Shown here: positions 9,278 to 17,918 of the stretch, in pieces
Position numbering within the stretch: the first letter of the stretch is position 1
Layout: each line of letters starts with the position of its first letter
DNA from: a virus
Lineage: Duplodnaviria > Caudoviricetes
Virus record (IMG/VR): IMGVR_UViG_3300038314_000939
Span: 1-25,781 of that record
Length of the DNA stretch: 25,781 nt
Direction: 5' to 3' (one strand)
Position numbers and translations under genes: made by a program
Notes under the pieces: generated by a model
What the model was told of the DNA's origin: nothing
The model's database searches: none
The model's input: only the letters and a program-made list of their open reading frames with translations

Positions 9278-10864
9278 TTAAACTCCAGTTTCTGCTATAA
9301 GTGCGTGATAACTTGCAACCCACTGAATATTGGTAGCCGCTGCGCCAGTCACCCTTACACGAATATTGGTGCTATTTACGTCAAAGCCTGCACCCCATGC
9401 AGCCGTTACCTCTGCTGCATGAGAAGAAGTCGTTGCGCCTATTTGTGTCAAAACACCGCCATCATTCTGGAATGTGCCGTGAATTACGTAGCTCGCCGTC
9501 TCATTACTGTCTGCGGTTTCGTGCCCAACTACAGTGGCAGTAACGTGTATAGCGGTATCAGAGTCTGTATCAAGCGTTGCAAGAGTAGTCACTGTCCCAT
9601 CTGCTGTCGTAGTAGAGGCTGTCCCCCTTGCTGCTTCTCCATTTACTGAAAAGACACTAAATCTGCCGTTATTAGTGAATTCAAAGTTTAAGAACCCGTC
9701 AGCCCCCATTGTCAAGTATTGTTTTTCTCCAGAACCAGTAGCAGTCTCTGTTATGTCTATATTAATAACCTGATACCCCGCACTACCAGACTGATTAACA
9801 GTAGGAGAAATATCAAGAATAGTCTCTGTTCCTGAAGATGCTGTAAAGGCTGCACCTGCCGATATTTCCATAGGCCCTGTAAAGCTTGAAAGCCCACTCG
9901 CCACAAGTATCGCATAGGGGCCGTTTGTAAATGCCATATTCGTTCCTGCCACTGGAGGGCCTTCAACATAAAGCGTAGAAGGCGTTGTTACAGTTCTTGT
10001 TAACGTAGTCGAGTTATACGTAACCTGACCAAGATTAATAGAATTTAAAGTTGTTAAAGTTGCGGTTTGGTTACCAAGAGAAACATTACCAGACGCATCA
10101 CCGCCTACGCTTAATCCACTTCTACGCGAAACAGTCGTTATTCCGCTCCCAATACCAGGGATTACTACTAAACCTGCTGTCCCTATCCCCGTAATATCTG
10201 ACGTGTATCCCGCTGCATTACCTACGGCAAACGCTGCACCGACTGAAATCGTTGCATTCGCCCCAGGTTCAGGTATCCCAAAAATCCCCATCGTAAGCGC
10301 TACAGTAAGCGAACTTGCACCAACAAAGGCGTAAGTTGGAGCCTCTATCGTAAACGCCGCTTGTAACGTAAGCGCTCCAGCGGCGAATTCTACCGTCCTA
10401 GCTAGATCGAATACAACATCCGAAGCTTGCGTGCTTGCTGTTAATGTAGTATGCGCCGCTCCAGTAATCTTAAGGTGATTAGGCGAACCAGTATCATCTG
10501 CCACAGGAGTCATCTCCATGTCCCCCAAATCATTGATAGCGAAAAGAGACGTACCTCCTCGTTGTAAATCGAAATAAAATAATTCATCCCATCCCGTATC
10601 GTCCGTGACGACCATGTTCCCCTTAATAAGAGTGAACTTATCGCTTCCACCTGCTGCTCCCGCATCGTTTAATGTCTGTAAAACTTCTAAAGAAAAATCG
10701 TCTGTACCCCCTGAAGTAAGAGTGTCAGGATTTACATAAACAATACCGTCTAACTCTGTATCGCCAACTACATATAAATCTCCGCCTACCCCATCCACTT
10801 CACCAGGCGTACCTGCTCCTGATTGCACATAGGGCTTAAGCCCCGAACTTCTATATACTGCCAT
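9278..10864 (-). CDS. Gly/Thr/Ala-rich fibre or decoration protein
   Basis: 528 aa, beta-rich, low in Lys, located in the structural module. Family not recognised. Confidence 0.6.
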   Translation of the reverse strand: MAVYRSSGLKPYVQSGAGTPGEVDGVGGDLYVVGDTELDGIVYVNPDTLTSGGTDDFSLEVLQTLNDAGAAGGSDKFTLIKGNMVVTDDTGWDELFYFDLQRGGTSLFAINDLGDMEMTPVADDTGSPNHLKITGAAHTTLTASTQASDVVFDLARTVEFAAGALTLQAAFTIEAPTYAFVGASSLTVALTMGIFGIPEPGANATISVGAAFAVGNAAGYTSDITGIGTAGLVVIPGIGSGITTVSRRSGLSVGGDASGNVSLGNQTATLTTLNSINLGQVTYNSTTLTRTVTTPSTLYVEGPPVAGTNMAFTNGPYAILVASGLSSFTGPMEISAGAAFTASSGTETILDISPTVNQSGSAGYQVINIDITETATGSGEKQYLTMGADGFLNFEFTNNGRFSVFSVNGEAARGTASTTTADGTVTTLATLDTDSDTAIHVTATVVGHETADSNETASYVIHGTFQNDGGVLTQIGATTSSHAAEVTAAWGAGFDVNSTNIRVRVTGAAATNIQWVASYHALIAETGV

Positions 10865-10867
10865 AAT

Positions 10868-11359
10868 TTAATTTGTTAATAAATACTGAATAGCTGCGGC
10901 TATTACATTGGTGTCGTCGCCAAAACTTCTTATTGCAGTGTTGCATTTAGCGCATAACAAACCTCTTATCCTTCCCGTGTCATGACAATGGTCGACTGCC
11001 AAATGCTTTAATACGCCTTTTCTTGTAGCCGTCTCTGGATTTTTACAAATAGCACATAATCCCTCCTGCTTACCCCACAACTGATGATAGTCCTCCAGGG
11101 TCATATTAAACTTATGCCTTAAGTTGCCATCTTTTTGAAGAGCTACCCACTCCTCGTTACTTAAAGCTCTCTTTAACTTCTCCCTAGACCTCCTTGAGTA
11201 TTCACGCCACTTATCCTTATTTCTACTCCTCCACGACGAAGCCCTGTCAGCATGGCACTCTTTGCATTCGCCATACAGGGTGCCGCCAGAATGCCTATAG
11301 TATCCCTCTGCTGCCTTTTCTTCTTCACACTTTGTGCAAACCCTGGTTGTAATAGTCAT
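10868..11359 (-). CDS. Free-standing endonuclease VII-family (His-Me finger) nuclease, probable homing endonuclease
   Basis: MTLEDYHQLWGKQEGLCAIC...LAVDHCHDTGRIRGLLCAKCN motif and N-terminal CxxC..CxxC. Start revised to ATG 11359 (163 aa), which removes the overlap with the upstream gene. Confidence 0.9.
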   Translation of the reverse strand: MTITTRVCTKCEEEKAAEGYYRHSGGTLYGECKECHADRASSWRSRNKDKWREYSRRSREKLKRALSNEEWVALQKDGNLRHKFNMTLEDYHQLWGKQEGLCAICKNPETATRKGVLKHLAVDHCHDTGRIRGLLCAKCNTAIRSFGDDTNVIAAAIQYLLTN

Positions 11360-11372
11360 AATAATTAGGTTA

Positions 11373-12746
11373 TCAAAACATGCGCTTTGCGTATAATGCG
11401 TAGTCGTGATCGTTATTACCACCCGCTGTAACCGTCTTAACTCTGACGTACTTAAATGGTATTGGCGTATCGGCTATTGCAAAGAAATCAGTATCAACCC
11501 AACTAGCTACTCCAAACAAAGCCTGCGTAACATCCTGATAAGCACAACTTGCTGCCGCAGTACCGTCGTCTTGATTAGTCGCCTCAATTGTTATAGTTAA
11601 AGTGTCAGTAGGTGTTCCATCAGAAGTTTCTGCCTGAATAGAGAAATACCTGTAGCCGTCCATATCTATGTAATAATGATTAGTTCCGCTTGTCTCGTTC
11701 GTTACGTCAGCCAAGGTTTCTTCTACATGGTGATCTGAAATCGGATTAACCTCGAACCCCTTGAATGAGTCTGTTCCCGAATCGTAAGCTGGCTGCTCCG
11801 AACCATCCTCATTAACAGCCATTACATACTGAACGCCACTTAATGAAGCTGCTGGCCTCACTGCATCCCCTTCTGCTACACTATTAGGTAAAGCAGAATC
11901 ATCAAAATTTTTGGCTTCTGCCATTACTTGAGGCCCTGTAGCGATTACCGCTGAATCATGAGTCGCGTCTAGGGCTGCACCTCCACCACTCACTGCTACA
12001 GTAGCTACAGCCATTGTATTATAAGTACAGGTGTCAGAAGTACCAGCAGTCGCTTTTCGATAAAGAATCGTACCGGCTCTATAGTTAATGGCAAACTCAC
12101 CATCTGCCAATCCGTTTATAAATTCTTGTGCATCTTTCTCCTCATTATACTCAACCTCTGTTGTCAAAACAGTTCCTGTTCCCCATACGAATGAACTTTC
12201 ATTTGAATAAATTTCTATTCGCCTTATGGCCGTATGGTCAAAACTTCCCAACGTCCCTACCCAGTCTTGATCAGCCATTGCAGCCGTATCGTAAATGTCA
12301 AAAGTGTAAGCATTACTAGAGGCCGCCACCAATTTGATCCAGCCATACAGTACATTACCCCCGTCGTCTATTGCCTTCAAAATGTACCTTGCTGAAGCCG
12401 CAGTTGGAGTCTCGAACATTAACTCCAGATTATTAGCGGTATCTGTAATTACCGCTTCGGCTGACCCTGCTGTTTCAACTAGTGCCCCAATAAGGTCTGT
12501 GTCACTAACCGTATAAACCAGATTCGCCTGTTTATCCCAATAAGAACCAACCTTGTCTCCGTTTAAGTTCAAAATAGGAGCCTTGTCGGTTGAAACCACA
12601 CCTCTACCACTTTGAGCAGCTGCACAGGTGAAGGTTATAGTTTCGGCAGCAACCGCCACCCTGTCACTCGATTGAGTAACATCATCAACAGGCAAAGGCA
12701 ACTGTGCGCTGATCTCCTTTCCGCCTGGTCTTGTTAAATAGTTCAT
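11373..12746 (-). CDS. Acidic beta-rich virion structural protein
   Basis: 457 aa. C-terminal jelly-roll-like segment (YRYFSIQ...TIEATNQD...PFKYVRVK). Located in the structural module. Confidence 0.6.
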   Translation of the reverse strand: MNYLTRPGGKEISAQLPLPVDDVTQSSDRVAVAAETITFTCAAAQSGRGVVSTDKAPILNLNGDKVGSYWDKQANLVYTVSDTDLIGALVETAGSAEAVITDTANNLELMFETPTAASARYILKAIDDGGNVLYGWIKLVAASSNAYTFDIYDTAAMADQDWVGTLGSFDHTAIRRIEIYSNESSFVWGTGTVLTTEVEYNEEKDAQEFINGLADGEFAINYRAGTILYRKATAGTSDTCTYNTMAVATVAVSGGGAALDATHDSAVIATGPQVMAEAKNFDDSALPNSVAEGDAVRPAASLSGVQYVMAVNEDGSEQPAYDSGTDSFKGFEVNPISDHHVEETLADVTNETSGTNHYYIDMDGYRYFSIQAETSDGTPTDTLTITIEATNQDDGTAAASCAYQDVTQALFGVASWVDTDFFAIADTPIPFKYVRVKTVTAGGNNDHDYALYAKRMF

Positions 12747-12816
12747 TTTGTCATTTGTTAGTTATAAATTTAGGTTATAGATATAATCACCATTTCGTAT
12801 CACTTGAGAATGACTA

Positions 12817-12867
12817 TTGAAGTCTTGTTTGGAGGCAGACTTGCATCCGCCCCCTATAAGACCTCAA
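12817..12867 (-). promoter_or_regulatory. Long two-part RNA stem-loop (candidate processing, stability or termination element)
   Basis: Minus strand: UUGAGGUCUU/AAGACUUCAA (10 bp), 3x4 internal loop, GGGGGCGGA/UCUGCCUCC (9 bp), UGCAAG loop. The three non-Watson-Crick pairs are all G-U on the coding strand. Confidence 0.75.
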
Positions 12868-12876
12868 ACGAAGCTG

Positions 12877-13146
12877 TTAAACATCATAAGTCACTCCATC
12901 CGAAGTTCGGAGAGTTTTTCGCCCCCCATTGTCAGTCACGATTCCGCTAACCTTTTGCCCCACAACGTTACATGTAACGAGTTCGGGTTCAGGTGCTTTT
13001 TCAGTAACCTCTTCAGCTTCTTCAGTCACAGTTTCCTCCACCTCTTCAGGTGCAGTCTCCTCCACCTCTTCAGGTGCAGTTTCCTCCACCTCTTCAGGTG
13101 CAGTCTCCTCGACCTCTTCGACTTCTTCTTTTTTCCTTCTAGGCAT
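12877..13146 (-). CDS. Small acidic repeat protein (EEVEETAP)n with short C-terminal beta domain
   Basis: 89 aa, ATG start with an AT-rich leader, same strand as its neighbours. Confidence 0.8.
   Translation of the reverse strand: MPRRKKEEVEEVEETAPEEVEETAPEEVEETAPEEVEETVTEEAEEVTEKAPEPELVTCNVVGQKVSGIVTDNGGRKTLRTSDGVTYDV
13029..13119. repeat. 24-bp coding tandem repeat, about 3.8 copies
   Basis: Unit cagt(t/c)tcctccacctcttcaggtg starts at 13029, 13053 and 13077, with a partial copy at 13101. Confidence 0.95.
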
Positions 13147-13173
13147 TTTAAATTAGTTAAAAATTAATTGGGC

Positions 13174-13202
13174 TGGGAGAAAGGATCTAGCCATTTCTCC
13201 CA
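13174..13202 (-). terminator. Hairpin, possible intrinsic terminator after the capsid/beta-helix genes
   Basis: Perfect 9-bp inverted repeat TGGGAGAAA/TTTCTCCCA. The U-rich run is about 11 nt away rather than adjacent, so the terminator call is uncertain. Confidence 0.45.
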
Positions 13203-13260
13203 CTTGCGGGAATGACCACCCATAAACACTAGCTGACAAAGACCGAATAGCGTTGCATAA

Positions 13261-14208
13261 TCATGCTGCATCCACAACAGGCCATAGTTTACCAGATTTA
13301 TCTGCTACACCAGTGTAGTAGTTCTCAAAGTAAACCAGTCCCGTACCAGCAGTAGCGATAAGCTCACCAGTAGTATCAAGTGAAGAAACATAGTTTCTGG
13401 ACACGTCACCAGTAGAGGAAGATCCGCTACCAGTTAGGAAGATACCAACAGTTGCGCCCGCACTACCAACTACAGTAAGAACATTGTCTCTAATTCTTGC
13501 CCCAAGAATGTCTTTAGATGAAAGTGTCAAGAAGTGTCCAACGTCAGCAGTAGCTGCTTGATCACAAGTATTACCTGAAATCTCCACATCTAGCTGATCC
13601 TCAAGAATAGACACAAACGCCAACGGTGTTGTGTTCAGTCCGTATTGGAAACAGTTTAGTACTTTCAGCCCATCAGCCTCATTAGCCACTGCGCTTGTAG
13701 TGACACAAGATAAGAAATTCAAACTAGACGTATTGTCTTCAAACTTGGCACCATCTAAGTGAAAGTTAGCAGCAGTACCGATTGTAAATGCTGAAGCTAC
13801 GTCTAGGAAGTTAGCAACAAGCAATCCGCCTATCCATGTGATGTTGGCAGCTGAAACGTCAATAGTCGCAGCAGCAGCACCAAATGTGTAAGTTGGAGCC
13901 AATGCACCACTTCCAAGATTGATAATCGTAATACCAGCGGTTTCAAGATCCAGCGAAGTAGCAGTTACTGTTTCAGTATGACCCGGAGCAACGTAAATCA
14001 CGTCACCACGATTAGCCACACATTCGTCTACAGCTGCTTGCACTGTTGCGTAATACCTCAAGTTTCCAAGAGGATCCGACTTAAATACTTGCTGTAGAAT
14101 CTCACGCCCAGCAGCAGCGCTTTTAGCTACGACGAAAACTTGTCCACCTCCCAGAAATGGAGTGCTTTGAGCTAGTTGCCCGTAGCCGCTATTGTAATTA
14201 AAACCCAT
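13261..14208 (-). CDS. Right-handed beta-helix (pectin lyase-like) head decoration/fibre protein
   Basis: 315 aa. YYATVQAAVDECVANRGDVIYVAPGH is a typical beta-helix N-cap, followed by coil repeats (EISGNT, RIRDNV, DVSRNY). Follows the capsid gene. Confidence 0.7.
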   Translation of the reverse strand: MGFNYNSGYGQLAQSTPFLGGGQVFVVAKSAAAGREILQQVFKSDPLGNLRYYATVQAAVDECVANRGDVIYVAPGHTETVTATSLDLETAGITIINLGSGALAPTYTFGAAAATIDVSAANITWIGGLLVANFLDVASAFTIGTAANFHLDGAKFEDNTSSLNFLSCVTTSAVANEADGLKVLNCFQYGLNTTPLAFVSILEDQLDVEISGNTCDQAATADVGHFLTLSSKDILGARIRDNVLTVVGSAGATVGIFLTGSGSSSTGDVSRNYVSSLDTTGELIATAGTGLVYFENYYTGVADKSGKLWPVVDAA

Positions 14209-14257
14209 AATAATAGTTTGTCAATGTCATTGCTACCTCCACCTCCCTCCAGGGTTC

Positions 14258-14410
14258 TTATGTGTCCTTGATAGCTAGACGAAATAATTAAACGATGTGT
14301 GTCCATTGCTCTCTCAAAACAATGTTTCTTATTTGGACAGAAGACACATCGAACATTCTGCCTAAATGTGAATAATTTTTAATGATCGTCAAGCCAGGAG
14401 CATTATGTGT
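14258..14410 (-). ncRNA. Candidate multi-stem structured RNA directly after the major capsid stop codon
   Basis: Nested inverted repeats 14273-82/14386-95, 14293-300/14344-51 (perfect 8 bp), 14300-05/14334-39, 14304-12/14316-24 and 14353-57/14365-69. No known family recognised. Confidence 0.5.
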
Positions 14411-14411
14411 A

Positions 14412-15425
14412 TCATGCTCCAGCACCCGTGCTCCATAGCAATCCTCTTGGGGAAACTGTCGCTATACCGTATGCACACCTAGTGCCGTACGTCCAGTTAT
14501 CATTATGGAAGTCCTCACCGTTATTACCAGGCGCAGGTGTTTTTAACATTGGACGTTCCCAGATACCAAGATAAGCTTGCCATCCCATTTGGCCTTGTCC
14601 AGCTGCTACAAGTCCCCAATAGTCTTTCTTGGCAGAATTGTAAGCTCCAGCTGCGTCAGTAGCCAAATAAGGTAAAGCTAAATGTCTATACTTACCTTTG
14701 TATACATTAATAACCCCAGGGTTGTTTTGATCTACGTCAGTTGTAGATTGTAAAAATTGTTTTACGTTATTAACAACAGTTGGATCGTCAGTAGTAACGA
14801 TAGTATTAAAATCCATAATACGTCTCTCTCCAAATTGAGAGAAAATCTGTGTGTTTCCTTGCAATTCAGCAACCTCTAGTCCTCCTTTTGAGAAGATAGG
14901 ATTTCCAGTAATTACATTCGAGAATGTAGTACTAGATCCGTTAAGAGTATGTGAAGCTGATACAAGAGCCAAAGTATCACCTACAGTAGTAGCAACAGTT
15001 TGACCGTCCATGTCTGTGTAAGAAGTAGCAGTACAGAATGTTAATCTATGAGTTAGATCAATCTCCATCCTTTGTGGACAGAAATGTGTAAGAGAAGTGA
15101 TCTTAGCCATGATCTCAGGTTTCTTGTTGTACCTTCTCATTTCCCAAGTGATATCAATTTCCCTTGCGAAACGTCTAGCAACCATATCCTTCTCATAACC
15201 TCTGTAAACTTCAGCCTTACTTGCGTCTACCCCTTCCTCTTTGACCGCAGCGAATGTTTCAGGGTCAATCTCTGTATACCTTCTGGTATCCCCAGTATTA
15301 GCCGGCATATCTTCAGTAATAAAAAGCTGTGACGCTAGTCCAAGCTCTTTAAACTTGTTGTGTACTGACCAATTACGATTAATCACATCTGTAAACTGCG
15401 ATATTGTAACTATGTTTAAGTCCAT
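14412..15425 (-). CDS. Major capsid protein (HK97 fold inferred)
   Basis: 337 aa. E-loop-like FAAVKEEGVDA...FAREIDITWEMRR, DGQT..GDTLALVSASH and a terminal YGTRCAYGIATVSPRGLLWSTG. Position downstream of scaffold and cement genes. Confidence 0.85.
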   Translation of the reverse strand: MDLNIVTISQFTDVINRNWSVHNKFKELGLASQLFITEDMPANTGDTRRYTEIDPETFAAVKEEGVDASKAEVYRGYEKDMVARRFAREIDITWEMRRYNKKPEIMAKITSLTHFCPQRMEIDLTHRLTFCTATSYTDMDGQTVATTVGDTLALVSASHTLNGSSTTFSNVITGNPIFSKGGLEVAELQGNTQIFSQFGERRIMDFNTIVTTDDPTVVNNVKQFLQSTTDVDQNNPGVINVYKGKYRHLALPYLATDAAGAYNSAKKDYWGLVAAGQGQMGWQAYLGIWERPMLKTPAPGNNGEDFHNDNWTYGTRCAYGIATVSPRGLLWSTGAGA

Positions 15426-15447
15426 AATTTAATTGTTAAGAAATATG

Positions 15448-15891
15448 CTAAGTAGTACCAATTCCAGACTGCATGAACTTCTGAGAGTTCAATGTGAACA
15501 ACCCTACGTTGTCGCTGATATATTCAGTACAATAAGCCGCATCGTCATTTGACGTTGCATCCGTTACGTCAATACCTACCGGTGATCCAGCTAGATCAAG
15601 ATAAGTACCAACATTTGCTTGAGCAAGCGTATCTGATGAAAGAACACTTACTTTCCATTCTGACCCTGGGCTTGCAGGGACCTTAACAGGAATACGAGTA
15701 GTAGAAGCATAGTCGTCGTCAGTTGCTGCAATTGTTTTTTGCACGACTCCCAAATGGGACATCACCGCAATCGACGCAACAGTAACATATCCAGACGTTT
15801 GATCAACTACCGCACCTGTAGTCAGAACCTGTGAAGCTGCTTTTTGGCCCCAGTACGTTTTAAAGGGACCCCTCCATGGTTTCCATGCCAT
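15448..15891 (-). CDS. Capsid cement/decoration-like protein
   Basis: 147 aa, beta-rich (TTGAVVD..SGYV..A....HLGVV), immediately upstream of the capsid gene. Confidence 0.6.
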   Translation of the reverse strand: MAWKPWRGPFKTYWGQKAASQVLTTGAVVDQTSGYVTVASIAVMSHLGVVQKTIAATDDDYASTTRIPVKVPASPGSEWKVSVLSSDTLAQANVGTYLDLAGSPVGIDVTDATSNDDAAYCTEYISDNVGLFTLNSQKFMQSGIGTT

Positions 15892-15903
15892 ATGATTTAT
15901 GGT

Positions 15904-15992
15904 TAGTAAAATAAAATTCCGATCAATTTGTCGCTAACGTATGCGATGACCGAAATTTTACTCACTAACGCAGAGTATTCGAAGATTTACTA
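15904..15992 (-). ncRNA. Structured 5' leader (three-way junction) with two CGUUAG-containing loops
   Basis: Outer stem 15986-92/15904-10, hairpin 15973-77/15959-63, and a long stem 15947-58/15914-25 capped by UCGC/GCGA. ctaacg occurs at 15934-39 and 15965-70 on the plus strand. Confidence 0.65.
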
Positions 15993-15998
15993 GCTGCT

Positions 15999-16027
15999 AT
16001 TATACCTTACTTCTTGTCTTTTTGCAA
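15999..16027 (-). promoter_or_regulatory. Sigma70-type promoter for the cement-capsid operon
   Basis: TTGCAA (16027-22), 17-nt spacer, TATAAT (16004-15999). Confidence 0.75.
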
Positions 16028-16507
16028 ATCCTTCTTTAATTGGGAATACTTTTCTTCCAACTCCCTTGTCCTCCTTTCCCTATATGCGCCCCATTCCTCG
16101 TCGTCTTCGACATAAGACTCCTCTATCTCATCAAGCTCCTCAAGTTCCTCCTTAAGCTGACCATCAAGTCTTTCTTTGCCCTTTTTAATCACATCCTTCT
16201 TTAAGGCAGCCTCAATATCTTTAACTGTGATCTCCTCTCTATCTTTGCCCCATAATCTTTGGTGAGCCTCTTGTAAGCTATGCTCAAGACTCATATGTAG
16301 AGTTTCAAAAATTTGATTAAAGTGTTCTATTGCTAGACCTTTATAAAAGAATTCTAGCAATTCTAATACACGCTGCTCCAAATATGCGACATCATTATAT
16401 AGAAGATCCTTATCAAGGATATCTTTTATAATCTTCGCGACAATAGGCTCGCATCTTTTCCTACGAGCTTCTGTTAGATCAACTGGTTCTTCTGGTATTT
16501 TAGACAT
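16007..16507 (-). CDS. Hypothetical helical protein (166 aa)
   Basis: Tightly packed ORF with an AAATTATG start context and a charged helical C-terminus. Confidence 0.8.
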   Translation of the reverse strand: MSKIPEEPVDLTEARRKRCEPIVAKIIKDILDKDLLYNDVAYLEQRVLELLEFFYKGLAIEHFNQIFETLHMSLEHSLQEAHQRLWGKDREEITVKDIEAALKKDVIKKGKERLDGQLKEELEELDEIEESYVEDDEEWGAYRERRTRELEEKYSQLKKDLQKDKK

Positions 16508-16510
16508 AAT

Positions 16511-17278
16511 TTAACGGTTAAGTCCCACTGCGGGGAAATTTTTTAAAATTCTTCCAGACGGAAGTTGCACATTATACGTGATCTCTTCAGCACTAATCTG
16601 TACTGGAACCTTGCCAAGAGCTTTCGACCTATACTTATCATACTCCACTTTCGTCAAAGTGGTTGTGCCTGTAACTTTCTTAAGTTTCTTTTTCTTTTCG
16701 TCCATGATAGACACTTCTTCCCTATCATAAGCCATAAACCTTGGTAGCGGTAACTCTTCTAACAGCTCCCCGTCTTCACCTGACCAAGTGACCTGATATA
16801 TCAATTCCATCTCTCTCATCTTGTCATTAAACTGTTTACGTAGAAATTTCAATTCAATTGCGTAAAGCGGTTTACCGTCAAGCATCTTCTTACGAATAGT
16901 AGCTACTTTTTTCTTATCAACGTCATCGTCTGATTCCCATTTATCTGAAAACACCTGTCCTTTAGATTTCTTTTCAGTTTCAAGCTTCTCGACTCTTTCT
17001 AGTAACTTCTCCAACTCACTCTTATCTATCGTCACCTTATCAGTATTAAACATCTTTATCTTCTCCGGCACAGCTACCTTAACAGGCCTAGACATATCGC
17101 CCCCTTCCTCGTCAGCGAAAGTATCCCCATCATCTTCGTGATCAACTGCATACTTTAACCGCTTATACTTCTTCTGCCACTCACCTGGCATTTTAAAGAA
17201 CCCACTTTTAGCGTCACCTCTATGTTGCCGCATCTCCGTCTTCATATCAGCCAACATTTCCCTTTTAGTTTTAGGCAT
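16511..17278 (-). CDS. Hypothetical Lys/Glu-rich protein (255 aa)
   Basis: Tightly packed ORF with an AAATTATG start context. Confidence 0.8.
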   Translation of the reverse strand: MPKTKREMLADMKTEMRQHRGDAKSGFFKMPGEWQKKYKRLKYAVDHEDDGDTFADEEGGDMSRPVKVAVPEKIKMFNTDKVTIDKSELEKLLERVEKLETEKKSKGQVFSDKWESDDDVDKKKVATIRKKMLDGKPLYAIELKFLRKQFNDKMREMELIYQVTWSGEDGELLEELPLPRFMAYDREEVSIMDEKKKKLKKVTGTTTLTKVEYDKYRSKALGKVPVQISAEEITYNVQLPSGRILKNFPAVGLNR

Positions 17279-17296
17279 AATTTACTTTGTTAATAA

Positions 17297-17908
17297 TTAA
17301 TCTTTTTTAGGCGATTCCATAACTATCCCCAGTTCTTTTGCTAACGCCTTCCCGTCATCGGTATCAGCGAAATTAGTTTTCTTTTTTGAATACCCCCGCC
17401 CTTCAGCTGAAGGAACATAAGAATTCAAAGGATCAACCTGATTCTCTCTATTTTTACGATTTTCGATAAGTACGAATGCGTCATCTAACTGATTAGCAAC
17501 TGCATCAGGCGTTAAAGCGTTATCACCTAGTATCTTGTACTGCTTTTCCAACTCTTTTCTTAACTCCTTGTCCTCACCCACTAATTGTCTAATCTTACGC
17601 TCCTTAACAGATCCAACAACAGCCTCCGACAGCCTTTCGTTCTGATTATGCAGCGTCTCAACCTCTTGCATATAGAACTTCTTTTCTTCGCTCCAGTTGG
17701 CCATCTCCGCTTCTCGATCAGCTTGGTTTAAAGTTTTGAATCTTTTAAAATTCATATCTTTACTCTCAAGTTTCTCAAGCGCTTTTTCCTTCTCATCAAG
17801 CTGCCCCTGGATCTCTTCCAGTTTATCAGCTTTCTCCTTTAACTCCTTTGCTGCTTCCGGGGACAACACCCCCTCAACGGGATTCCCGTCTTCGTCATAA
17901 TACGACAT
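17297..17908 (-). CDS. Capsid scaffolding protein (putative)
   Basis: 203 aa coiled-coil with a C-terminal DDGKALAKELGI helix. Lies between portal and capsid genes. Confidence 0.65.
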   Translation of the reverse strand: MSYYDEDGNPVEGVLSPEAAKELKEKADKLEEIQGQLDEKEKALEKLESKDMNFKRFKTLNQADREAEMANWSEEKKFYMQEVETLHNQNERLSEAVVGSVKERKIRQLVGEDKELRKELEKQYKILGDNALTPDAVANQLDDAFVLIENRKNRENQVDPLNSYVPSAEGRGYSKKKTNFADTDDGKALAKELGIVMESPKKD

Positions 17909-17918
17909 ACACTTTTAA

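Noticed and set aside
10865-11372. EndoVII ORF as the cargo of a group I intron
   Set aside because: Only 3 and 13 nt flank it, and both neighbouring genes look complete, leaving no room for a ribozyme core.
13029-13119. Repeat array as a possible CRISPR
   Set aside because: The units are contiguous, have no spacers and are in-frame coding. No cas genes are present.
14209-14414. Readthrough, bypass or TGA recoding fusing the capsid to the beta-helix protein
   Set aside because: The capsid TGA is followed two codons later by TAA, and the downstream gene has an in-frame TGA five codons before its ATG. No long ORF needs recoding.
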